Assembly: GCA_045560315.1 (NCBI GenBank)
Contig: JBJKZN010000029.1
Coordinates: 1-60,237, forward strand
Length of the DNA stretch: 60,237 bases
Reading direction: 5' to 3'
Source of the DNA: Fidelibacterota bacterium
GTDB lineage: Bacteria > Fidelibacterota > Marinisomatia > Marinisomatales > Marinisomataceae
The notes below the pieces were generated by a model. That model did no database searches, was not told the origin of the DNA, and was given only the letters and a program-made list of their open reading frames with translations. Numbering within the stretch: position 1 is the first letter of the stretch; the number at the start of each line of letters is the position of its first letter. The position numbers and the translations under genes were made by a program. This document shows positions 38,490 to 47,657 of the stretch, one piece after another.

Positions 38490-39563
38490 ATGAATAAAAT
38501 GGAAAGAAAAATTGTACATATTGTTGGTACTGGGACAATTGGTGAACCACTAATTGGAATATTGTGTGAGCAAAAAAGCAATCTTGGTATTGACGAAATA
38601 ACATTTCATAAACATTCTGCTCTAACAAAAGATAAACCAAAGATTGATAATTTAATAAAAAAAGGTGCAAGACTTTCTGTTCTTGAAGACAGAATAGATG
38701 ATTTTAAGGCTATTGGTTTAGAGCCGGAATTTACATTAGAAGAAGCTATTGCAAGAAGTTCAGTCGTTATTGATTGTACTCCAGGAGGTTCCGGGCTTTT
38801 AAATAAGGAGCAATACTACAGTAAATATACTGATCGCGTAAAAGGTTTTCTAGCTCAAGGAAGTGAGAATGGCTTTGGAAAAAAATATGCACGAGGTATC
38901 AATGATCATGTTATTAGCTCTGATGATCAATTTTTGCAGGTTGTATCGTGCAATACTCACAATATTGCATGCTTAGTTAACACATTAGCACTGAGTATTG
39001 CGCCAGACAATCTTTTAAATGGTAAGTTTGTTTGTATTCGCAGAAGCAATGATATTAGCCAGTCAGGTAGCTATGTTCCGGCACCAACAGTAAATTCACA
39101 TGAGAATGAGATATATGGAACACACCATGCTGAAGATGCTGTAGACTTATTTAAGACTATGGATCTTGATTTAGATCTTTTTTCTTCGGCGCTAAAGACT
39201 AATACGCAGTATATGCATACAGTATGGTTTAACATAAAGGTAAAAGAAAACACTTATAAAGATAAAGTAATTGAACTTTTAGAGAACAATGTTAAAATTG
39301 CATTAACTGAGCACAAGTCATCAAATGCTGTATTTTCTTTTGGTAGAGATCAAGGACAGTATGGAAGGATTTTAAATCAAACAGTAATAGTAGAAGATTC
39401 TATCAATGTTAGAAATGGAAATGAAATATCTGGTTTTTGTTTTACTCCTCAAGATGGAAATTCTATTTTATCAAGTATTGCAGCGACAGTTAAGTTCTTG
39501 AATCCACATTCTTATCAGGATAAGATTAACTCTCTTGCCCCATTCTTTTTTGATAGAGTATAA
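38490..39563 (+). CDS. archaeal-type (class II) glyceraldehyde-3-phosphate dehydrogenase homologue
   Basis: N-terminal Rossmann motif HIVGTGTIGE. DCTPGGSGLLNKEQY, QVVSCNTHNIACLV (Cys154 = TGC at 38949-38951), IRRSNDIS and THHAEDAV parallel the class II GAPDH motifs DATPGG..NK, VVSCNTT, IRRAADP and SHHGPDV. Confidence 0.6.
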   Translation: MNKMERKIVHIVGTGTIGEPLIGILCEQKSNLGIDEITFHKHSALTKDKPKIDNLIKKGARLSVLEDRIDDFKAIGLEPEFTLEEAIARSSVVIDCTPGGSGLLNKEQYYSKYTDRVKGFLAQGSENGFGKKYARGINDHVISSDDQFLQVVSCNTHNIACLVNTLALSIAPDNLLNGKFVCIRRSNDISQSGSYVPAPTVNSHENEIYGTHHAEDAVDLFKTMDLDLDLFSSALKTNTQYMHTVWFNIKVKENTYKDKVIELLENNVKIALTEHKSSNAVFSFGRDQGQYGRILNQTVIVEDSINVRNGNEISGFCFTPQDGNSILSSIAATVKFLNPHSYQDKINSLAPFFFDRV

Positions 39564-40195
39564 TGGTACATTATCAGAGAATTGTCACAAACCTTCTTGA
39601 AGAGAATACATACGTTGTTTATAATGAAAAAAATGAATGTATTATTATTGATCCCGGTCTTGGTTTTGATTTAATTGATTCATTTATCCAATCAAAGAAT
39701 TTATCGCCCATAGCAATCTTAGCAACTCATGCTCACTTTGACCATCTAGCAGGAGCAGCAGATTTAATCGATAAATATGGCTTGCCATTGTACTTATGTG
39801 AAAAGGATAGGTTGGTTATAGATAATTTTCATAGAGCATCTGCCTATTGGGGCGTAGAAGCAAGGAAACCAACAGTTTCTGATTGGATTGATTGTAATGA
39901 TAAAGAGCTAGTGATAGGTAGTTTTTCTTTTGCAATTATATTCAATCCTGGACATTCGCCAGGATGTATAAGCTTTATTATTGACAATCTAGCATTCTGT
40001 GGTGATTTAATATTCAAAGGATCTATTGGAAGAACAGATCTGCCATTAAGTAACCCAAGAGATATGTCAAAATCACTAGAATTCTTTGTAAATTCTTTTA
40101 CAAGTGATTGTAAATTATTAACAGGGCATGGAGAAGAGACAACTCTATATGAAGAGTTAAGAACTAATCCTTATTTAATGAAATATGAAAAATAA
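39563..40195 (+). CDS. MBL-fold metallo-hydrolase (glyoxalase II-like)
   Basis: THAHFDHLAG metal motif, GHSPG, GHG. Length is 210 aa. Confidence 0.85.
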   Translation: MVHYQRIVTNLLEENTYVVYNEKNECIIIDPGLGFDLIDSFIQSKNLSPIAILATHAHFDHLAGAADLIDKYGLPLYLCEKDRLVIDNFHRASAYWGVEARKPTVSDWIDCNDKELVIGSFSFAIIFNPGHSPGCISFIIDNLAFCGDLIFKGSIGRTDLPLSNPRDMSKSLEFFVNSFTSDCKLLTGHGEETTLYEELRTNPYLMKYEK

Positions 40196-41516
40196 AATTA
40201 TTGCTAGCATTGAAGGCTTGCAAAATCAAAAAAAACAACATTTTCTCTTAGCAGTATCTGGTGGAATAGATTCGATGGTAATGCTAGATTTTTTTAATAA
40301 AAATTCTAGCTTAGCTAATATTTCAGTTTGTTATGTAGATCATAATTATCATGCTAATAGTAAAAAAATGGGTAAACTAGTATCCAGCTATTGTAATGAT
40401 AACAATATTACTTACATTGAGCATTCTATTAATTCATCAGAAATTAAAAGAAATATAGAATCGCAGCTTCGCGAGAAAAGATACTCTTTCCTTTCAGAAG
40501 CTTGCAAAGAAATTAATGCTGACTATGTTGTTACAGCACACCATTCTGATGATCAAATTGAGACCATTCTAATGAAAATTTTAAATTCTTCTAGTTTTAC
40601 TTCCATGAGAGGTATTCAATCATTAAATAATAATCTTTTTAGACCAATGCTTGATATTACAAAGGATGAAATTTATAAATATGCAAAAGAAAACAAAGTA
40701 GAATATATCTCAGATCCAACAAATAATGATACTTCATTAACAAGAAATTTTCTTAGAAAAAAAGCAATTCCATTGCTAGAAAAGATTAAGCCTAATTTGC
40801 ATAAACCATTTGAAGATTTTCAGAATAAAACCAACGACATGGAAGATTTATTAGTTTTTTCAACAAATGAATTCATGAAATCTGATTATGTATCATTGTC
40901 TAAGGATGTTTATTATATTAATAAAAAGAGGTTTCTAGATTTACCTTTTCTATTAAAAATTAATATTATCAAGAAAATACTATCTATTAGAACAAAATTT
41001 TATTTTTCTAAAAATTTATTAGAAGAATTAGATGCATTTCTAGAAAAAGAAGTGATTGGAAGTGAGAAGATTATTAATGACACTAAGATTCTTATTGATA
41101 GAGATTGTATTTTATTGACAGAGAAATTAGATGTAGTTCCAATATATCGTGAAGTTAGAGCAGGTGAGATGTTAGAAAATGATGATTTTTCATTTTATTG
41201 GGACTATGATAAGAGACCAAAAAACTTTTTAAAAGATTCAACCTTTGAATATGTCGATGCTGAGCATTTTGACAATAAATTAATTGTGAGAAATATAGAT
41301 AATAATGACATATTTAGCCCATTGGGATTAGCTGGAACAAAGAAAGTAACTCAGTATTTGACTGATCAGAAAGTGTCTGCTATTGAAAAAACAAAAACTA
41401 TTGCAATTTGTAATAAAGAAGACATTGTTTGGGTAGCAGGTAAGCAGATTAGTGATAATTATAAATTGAAGAAGAATAGTAAATTGATTGCAAAACTAAA
41501 TTTCTTTAGGAAATAG
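40185..41516 (+). CDS. tilS: tRNA(Ile)-lysidine synthetase
   Basis: PP-loop AVSGGIDS, TAHHSDDQIETILM, and C-terminal TilS domain (GTKKVTQYLTDQKV). Confidence 0.9.
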   Translation: MKNKIIASIEGLQNQKKQHFLLAVSGGIDSMVMLDFFNKNSSLANISVCYVDHNYHANSKKMGKLVSSYCNDNNITYIEHSINSSEIKRNIESQLREKRYSFLSEACKEINADYVVTAHHSDDQIETILMKILNSSSFTSMRGIQSLNNNLFRPMLDITKDEIYKYAKENKVEYISDPTNNDTSLTRNFLRKKAIPLLEKIKPNLHKPFEDFQNKTNDMEDLLVFSTNEFMKSDYVSLSKDVYYINKKRFLDLPFLLKINIIKKILSIRTKFYFSKNLLEELDAFLEKEVIGSEKIINDTKILIDRDCILLTEKLDVVPIYREVRAGEMLENDDFSFYWDYDKRPKNFLKDSTFEYVDAEHFDNKLIVRNIDNNDIFSPLGLAGTKKVTQYLTDQKVSAIEKTKTIAICNKEDIVWVAGKQISDNYKLKKNSKLIAKLNFFRK

Positions 41517-41553
41517 TTTTTTTAATACCCATTTTTATTAAATTATCCCCCAC

Positions 41554-43455
41554 ATGAAAAAGCCAGTAAAGAAACAAAAAAAATCATTAAAGAAAAAGCC
41601 CAAAGCTAATAATTCAAGCTCTTTTATATGGTTAGCAATGATTTTTTTTGTAATGTTATCTTTATCATTATTGCCGAATGAGTCAGCAAATGAAGTAGAA
41701 GTATCCTACAATACCTATAAAGAGCTCCTTGCAGATAATCAGATAAAAGAAGCCTCTATTGAGAATGACAATTCTTTTCATGGTGAACTATTGAACCCTA
41801 CAACACTAATCAATAAAAATGGAGCTGAGTTTACAGAGAGAACCCTTTTTGTTGTTTATTTACCAGCCGACTATACTGATCAAATTAAAATTTGGGATGA
41901 CAAAGGCATTGAATACAATTTTGAAGGAGAGAAAATTGACTGGACTAACTGGCTACTTGGTTTTGCTCCTTGGTTGTTATTAATTGGATTTTGGATTTTT
42001 ATGCTTAGAAGAATGCAAGGTTCAAATAATGGAATGAATAATGTATTTAGTTTTGGAAAAAGCAAAGCAAAGATGTTTTCTTCGAATCAAAAGAAAGTGA
42101 AATTTTCTGATGTTGCTGGATGTGTAGAAGCAAAAGAAGAGTTAGAAGAAGTAATCGCCTATTTGAAAAGTCCAAAGAAATTCGAAAAATTAGGTGGAAA
42201 AATTCCAAGAGGAGTGTTATTGGTAGGTCCTCCAGGAACTGGAAAAACTCTATTAGCGAGAGCTGTAGCTGGAGAATCTAGTGTTCCATTCTTTAGTATT
42301 AGTGGAGCTGATTTTGTTGAAATGTTTGTAGGAGTTGGAGCGTCAAGAGTACGAGATCTATTTGAGCAGGCAAACAAAAATTCGCCTGCAATTATCTTTA
42401 TAGATGAATTAGATGCTGTTGGCAGACAAAGAGGAGCTGGTTTAGGCGGAGGTCATGACGAAAGAGAACAAACTTTAAATCAATTATTAGTAGAGTTAGA
42501 TGGATTTGAAAATAGTAGCAGTGTAATTGTAATGGCTGCAACCAACAGACCTGATGTGCTAGACTCTGCACTGTTAAGACCAGGTAGATTTGATCGTCAG
42601 GTTGTAGTGGATATTCCTGACCTAAAAGGAAGGCACGATATTCTAAAAATACATACGAAAAAAATTAAGATTAATAAGAAATCTGTTAAACTTAAAGATA
42701 TTGCAAAAGGTACACCAGGAATGGTTGGTGCTGATTTAGCAAATCTTGTAAATGAAGCAGCTTTATTAGCATCTAGGAAAAGAAAAGCTACTGTCGATAA
42801 TAATGACTTTGAAGAAGCAAAAGATAAGGTTTTAATGGGAGTTCAACGAAAAAGCATGGTATTATCCGATGATGAGAAAAAAGTGACAGCATACCATGAA
42901 GCTGGACATGCTGTGGTAGCTATATTTTCTCCTGAAGCCGATCCAGTTCACAAAGTGACTATCATTCCAAGGGGAAGAGCTCTTGGTGTGACAATGCAAT
43001 TACCTCTAGATGAAAAGCATGGATATTCTAAGACATATATTTTAAGCAGATTAGCGGTAATGATGGGCGGAAGATCAGCAGAAGAAATCATATTTAATGA
43101 GATTACCACCGGAGCTTCGAACGATATTGAAAGAGCTACAAGTATTGCAAGAAAAATGGTTTGTGAATGGGGTATGAGCGACACAATGGGTCCAATGTCA
43201 TTTGGTAAAAAGAATGAGGAGATATTTTTAGGAAGAGAAATACAATCACATAGAGATTATAGTGAAAAGACTGCTCAACAAATAGATCATGAAGTTGTTA
43301 GTATCATTAAAAATGCGCAACAAACTTCACATAAGATTTTAAAAGATAATATAGATCTTTTACATTTAATGGCTGAACAGTTATTAGAGCATGAAACAAT
43401 TGATGAACAAGATATTAAACTGTTGATTGCTGGTAAGAAAATTTCAAAAAAATAA
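41554..43455 (+). CDS. ftsH: ATP-dependent zinc metalloprotease FtsH
   Basis: Two TM helices, Walker [12 protein letters not shown] motif [18 protein letters not shown], zinc motif HEAGHA. Confidence 0.97.
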   Translation: MKKPVKKQKKSLKKKPKANNSSSFIWLAMIFFVMLSLSLLPNESANEVEVSYNTYKELLADNQIKEASIENDNSFHGELLNPTTLINKNGAEFTERTLFVVYLPADYTDQIKIWDDKGIEYNFEGEKIDWTNWLLGFAPWLLLIGFWIFMLRRMQGSNNGMNNVFSFGKSKAKMFSSNQKKVKFSDVAGCVEAKEELEEVIAYLKSPKKFEKLGGKIPRGVLLVGPPGTGKTLLARAVAGESSVPFFSISGADFVEMFVGVGASRVRDLFEQANKNSPAIIFIDELDAVGRQRGAGLGGGHDEREQTLNQLLVELDGFENSSSVIVMAATNRPDVLDSALLRPGRFDRQVVVDIPDLKGRHDILKIHTKKIKINKKSVKLKDIAKGTPGMVGADLANLVNEAALLASRKRKATVDNNDFEEAKDKVLMGVQRKSMVLSDDEKKVTAYHEAGHAVVAIFSPEADPVHKVTIIPRGRALGVTMQLPLDEKHGYSKTYILSRLAVMMGGRSAEEIIFNEITTGASNDIERATSIARKMVCEWGMSDTMGPMSFGKKNEEIFLGREIQSHRDYSEKTAQQIDHEVVSIIKNAQQTSHKILKDNIDLLHLMAEQLLEHETIDEQDIKLLIAGKKISKK

Positions 43456-43458
43456 ATA

Positions 43459-44310
43459 GTGAATATTTCTGAATTAAATGATTGGTTATTGTCTGAATAT
43501 AAACAGCCACTCATTATGGGAATATTAAATGTTACCCCAGATTCTTTTACAGATGGTGGAAAATTTCTAGATACTAATACTGCAGTTGATCACGCTATGG
43601 ATATGATTGCTGACGGTGCAGATATCATTGATATAGGTGGAGAATCTACTAGACCTTTTTCTGATCCAGTATCTGAAGAAGAGGAATTATCTAGAGTCAT
43701 ATCTGTAATACAGAAATTAAGAGAGAAAACAGATACTATAATTTCCATAGATACTACAAAATCTTTAGTTGCTGATAATGCATGTAGTGTTGGAGCAGAC
43801 ATTGTTAATGATATTAGTGGCTTATCTTTTGATAGTAATATGGTTAATACTGTTATTAAACATGATTGTCCTGTTGTTTTAATGCATATCATAGGAAACC
43901 CTAAAACAATGCAAGAAAATCCTTCATATAACAATCTAATCTCTGATATCACTAATCATTTACTAGACAGAGCTAATTTTGCTTTGAAGAAAGGGATTAA
44001 AAAGCATAATATTATTTTAGATCCAGGAATTGGATTTGGTAAGACAATAGATAATAATTTTAATATCATAAATAATATAGATAAGTTGAATGATCTTGGT
44101 TATCCTATATTGATTGGAGCATCAAGAAAATCATTTATTGGTAAGACTTTAAATGTAGATGAAAATAATAGAATTGAAGGAACGATAGTATCAAACATAA
44201 TAGCCTTGGATAGAGGATGTAAGATATTTAGGGTGCATGATATTACTGAGGCAAAAAGATCATTGATTATTGGAAATAAAATTTTGAATTCAAACACTTT
44301 AAATACCTAA
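43459..44310 (+). CDS. folP: dihydropteroate synthase
   Basis: GTG start. GILNVTPDSFTDGG, DIIDIGGESTRP and GASRKSFIG motifs. Confidence 0.92.
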   Translation: MNISELNDWLLSEYKQPLIMGILNVTPDSFTDGGKFLDTNTAVDHAMDMIADGADIIDIGGESTRPFSDPVSEEEELSRVISVIQKLREKTDTIISIDTTKSLVADNACSVGADIVNDISGLSFDSNMVNTVIKHDCPVVLMHIIGNPKTMQENPSYNNLISDITNHLLDRANFALKKGIKKHNIILDPGIGFGKTIDNNFNIINNIDKLNDLGYPILIGASRKSFIGKTLNVDENNRIEGTIVSNIIALDRGCKIFRVHDITEAKRSLIIGNKILNSNTLNT

Positions 44311-44320
44311 ATTATACCAT

Positions 44321-45097
44321 ATGAACTTATTTGAAATCAGCTTTATAAAATTTACGCTTACGGATTTATTTGATTTGGTGCTTATTTCATTCATTTTTTC
44401 CTATGCCTACTCTTATTTTAGAGGAACAAGAGGCGGACAAATGTTAATCGGTCTATTAATCCTATTTTTTGCAGGATTTATCGTTAATATTCTTGGCTTT
44501 AGAGCTACTTCATGGCTATTAAACTTATTTCAAACAGTATGGGTGGTTGTATTTGTTATTTTATTCCAACCAGAAATTAGAAGATTATTAACTTCTCTTG
44601 GTCAAAATAGAATACTAAGGAAGCTATTTCAAATTGAGAAACTTTCTATTCAAGATGAAATTATATCATGCATTAACGAGATAAAGAAAAATAGATGGGG
44701 AGCAATTATTGTTTTTGAAAGAGAGAATTCTTTGAAGACCATTAGTTCTGACGGTGTAAAAATGGGAGCAGTGTTTAGTCCTGAATTATTAGTCTCAATT
44801 TTTAATCCTTCATCACCTCTGCATGATGGAGCCGTAATTATTCATAGTAATATTATTGAGGCTGCTGCATGTATTTTGCCTTTAACAGAGAGTAAGACTT
44901 TAAACCCAGAGATGGGTACAAGACATAGAGCTGCGCTGGGCATTTCAGAGGAGAGCGATGCTATCGCATTAGTTTTATCTGAAGAGACAGGAAAGATATC
45001 TATTGCAGAGAATGGATATTTTATAAGCTCCGAGCTTAGTTTAGAAGAATTAAGTAAGGTTTTAAAAGAGAAAATGAGTGAAATGGGGGAAGCGTAA
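44321..45097 (+). CDS. cdaA: diadenylate cyclase CdaA
   Basis: Three N-terminal TM helices and a DAC domain (GAIIVFE, PLHDGAVII, GTRHRAALGISEESDAIALVLSEETG). Confidence 0.9.
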   Translation: MNLFEISFIKFTLTDLFDLVLISFIFSYAYSYFRGTRGGQMLIGLLILFFAGFIVNILGFRATSWLLNLFQTVWVVVFVILFQPEIRRLLTSLGQNRILRKLFQIEKLSIQDEIISCINEIKKNRWGAIIVFERENSLKTISSDGVKMGAVFSPELLVSIFNPSSPLHDGAVIIHSNIIEAAACILPLTESKTLNPEMGTRHRAALGISEESDAIALVLSEETGKISIAENGYFISSELSLEELSKVLKEKMSEMGEA

Positions 45098-45098
45098 G

Positions 45099-46559
45099 AT
45101 GTTGAAAGAAAAGATTAAGGATTTAATGGACAGAGCAGACTTTATGACTCTTTCTACTAGCGTTGCAGGAAATTCATCTGCTGCGAATGTATATTTTTCA
45201 AATGATGGTCTAAATATATATTTCTTTACATTTAACCCATCTAGAAAAGCTGTTCAAATTGCTTTTAATCCAAAAGTCCAGTGTGTTATTAGGCCTGATG
45301 GAGAAGATGGCATTAAAGAGCTCCAGATTGATGGATATGCTACAAAAATAACAGACAAAGAAGAAAAAGATAAAGCAAGAGAAGCAGTTCTCAAAGTTAC
45401 AGAAGCTTTCTCTGATTATATGTATGATGAATTCTTAATTGCTAATGATGTAGTTGGATATTATAAAATAGAGCCAACGGTAATAAAATATGTCGATTTT
45501 TTTGCTGAAACTCAGTTTGAATGGATAGAATTACCAGAGAATAGACCAAGTATAATTTCAGAATTATTAGGCAATATCAGTAGAACGTTCAAATATTGGA
45601 TGACTGTTATTAGAGGTCCATTTTTAACAGCTACTATTGCTCCAATCTTACTTGGATCAGCTATTGCATATAAACAGTTTGGCACATTTGATTGGTCAAT
45701 TTTTTGGCTTGTTCTCTTAGGAGGAATTTTTGCTCAGATTGCTACAAACAACATGAATGATTATTTTGATCATAAATCAAGAAATGATGAGATGAACAAA
45801 CTGGCAAGTCCTTTTAATGGAGGATCTAGATCAATTCAATCTGGTTTAATTACGCCAACAAATATGTTATTATTATCCTTATTATTTTTTGGATTAACGA
45901 TTGGCATAGGTTTAAGTCTTAATAATGCTATTTTTGGTGACTATTTTGCTATGTCAAACTTAATGTATGTTGGATTAATCGGTGTATTTTTAGGGATTAC
46001 ATATACTGGTTTTTTAAAATTAGCTTACAATGGATTAGGCGATTTAGCAGTATTTACTGGATTTGGTCCTTTGATGGTTTATGGTGCTGCATATATGCAA
46101 AATCAATCTGTTGATCCTGTTACTACATTATTATTCTCAATTCCTGTAGGCATATTAATTGCTCTTGTATTATTTATTAATTGTTTCCAAGACTATAATG
46201 CTGATAGAGCAGCCAATAAAAATAGTTGGGTTGTTAAATTAGCTGGACCTGGAGATAAAGCAAACTATAGAGCACCTTTCAAAGTATGGAGAAATTCTAT
46301 GTTATTGTCATTTGCAATTATTTTTGGAGCAGCTATCTATACTAGTAATCTTTTTACGCTAATAGCGTTACTTCCTGTTCTAATATTTAATTTTGCTCAC
46401 AAAAAAGGTTCTAGTTGGTTAGATGAATGGGAAAAAGAAGATGCAAATCTTCAGCAACTTCCGTATGAGCTATTAATTGTTAATGTTTCAACAATTGGAA
46501 TTCATTTTTTAACAGGGATATTACTTACTTTAGGATTTTTAATTAGCACATGGATTTAA
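45099..46559 (+). CDS. fusion protein: PNPOx-like (split-barrel flavin-binding) domain + MenA/UbiA-family prenyltransferase
   Basis: The N-terminal ~165 aa resemble the general-stress-protein-26/PNPOx fold (FMTLSTSVAGNSSAANVYF...VGYYKIEPTVIKYVD). The C-terminal part has 8-9 TM helices with UbiA motifs NNMNDYFDHKSRND and FQDYNADRAANK. ATG 45099 is preferred over the track start at 45078. Confidence 0.7.
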   Translation: MLKEKIKDLMDRADFMTLSTSVAGNSSAANVYFSNDGLNIYFFTFNPSRKAVQIAFNPKVQCVIRPDGEDGIKELQIDGYATKITDKEEKDKAREAVLKVTEAFSDYMYDEFLIANDVVGYYKIEPTVIKYVDFFAETQFEWIELPENRPSIISELLGNISRTFKYWMTVIRGPFLTATIAPILLGSAIAYKQFGTFDWSIFWLVLLGGIFAQIATNNMNDYFDHKSRNDEMNKLASPFNGGSRSIQSGLITPTNMLLLSLLFFGLTIGIGLSLNNAIFGDYFAMSNLMYVGLIGVFLGITYTGFLKLAYNGLGDLAVFTGFGPLMVYGAAYMQNQSVDPVTTLLFSIPVGILIALVLFINCFQDYNADRAANKNSWVVKLAGPGDKANYRAPFKVWRNSMLLSFAIIFGAAIYTSNLFTLIALLPVLIFNFAHKKGSSWLDEWEKEDANLQQLPYELLIVNVSTIGIHFLTGILLTLGFLISTWI

Positions 46560-47645
46560 AAGACCAATATAATTCACTTTTAGAAAAGTTTGATCAAATT
46601 AGGAGGCATCTTTGACCTTGAAGCCAAAGATGCTTACTTAAATAATCTAAAAGATCAAATATCAGACCCATCTTTATGGGACAATAACAAGAAAACAACA
46701 TCCATTATGAAAGAAATTTCTATGTGCGAGAAGGATATCGATTTAAGAAAAAATTTATCTGAAAAGGCTAGCGATGTTAAGGTTATGTTTGAATTTCTAA
46801 ATGATGGCCAGATAGATGAAAAAGAATTTTCTAAAGAATTAGAATATTTTTCTAAACTAATTAAAGAATTTGAATTAAAACTCATTCTTAATTCACCAAA
46901 TGATTCTAAGGATGCAATTATATCAATCCATCCAGGAGCAGGAGGGACTGAGAGTCAAGACTGGGCCCAGATGTTATATAGAATGTATTCTATGTGGACA
47001 GAATCTAAAGGCTTCAAATTTAACGTTATTGATTTTCAATCAGGAGACGAAGCAGGTATTAAGGACTGTACAATTGAAATCGTAGGAGACTATGCATATG
47101 GGTTACTTCAATCAGAAATTGGTATTCATAGATTAGTCAGAATATCACCTTTCGACTCTAATAGTCGTAGACATACATCTTTTGCTTCAGTTTCTGTTTA
47201 TCCATCTATAGATGAAGATGTAGAAATAGAAATCAACCAAAAAGATTTAAGAATTGACACCTTTCGTTCTAGTGGAGCTGGAGGTCAGCATGTGAATAAA
47301 ACAGATTCTGCTATTAGAATTACTCACATACCTACTGGAACAGTTACACAGTGTCAAACGCAGAGATCTCAACACAAAAATAAAGAACAAGCGTTAAAAG
47401 TATTAAAATCTAAACTATATCAAATTGAAATAGAGAAGCAAGCCGAGTCTAAAAAAATTCTTGAAGGTGAAAAAAAGGATATTGCTTGGGGTAATCAGAT
47501 AAGATCATATGTTTTTCATCCTTACAACATGATTAAAGATCATAGAACAAAATTTGAAGTAGGAAATGTTAAAGCTGTTATGGATGGTAATATAGATGAC
47601 TTTATGTATAGTTATTTATTAGATAAAATGGAAAAAAATAAATAA
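46550..47645 (+). CDS. prfB: peptide chain release factor 2, requires programmed +1 frameshift (46550..46612 joined to 46614..47645)
   Basis: Frame 0 reads MDLKDQYNSLLEKFDQIRRHL and then TGA (46613-46615). After a +1 shift it continues DLEAKDAYLNNL... with the SPF tripeptide and the GGQ motif (SGAGGQHVNKTDSAIRITH). The track ORF start at 46590 is an artefact of the frameshift. Confidence 0.92.
46601..46616 (+). other. RF2 autoregulatory +1 frameshift site
   Basis: AGGAGG CAT CTT TGA C: an internal SD-like element 3 nt before the slippery CTT, then in-frame TGA followed by C. This matches the E. coli AGGGGG TAT CTT TGA C arrangement. Confidence 0.9.
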
Positions 47646-47657
47646 GTTTCTTTCAGT

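Noticed and set aside
38443-38670. 75-aa minus-strand ORF overlapping the start of the GAPDH-like gene
   Set aside because: It is antisense to a gene with clear Rossmann and catalytic motifs and has no independent support.
46900-47085. 61-aa + strand ORF in an alternative frame inside prfB
   Set aside because: It is embedded in the conserved RF2 domain region. The only frame change supported by sequence signals is the CTT TGA C site at 46610-46616.
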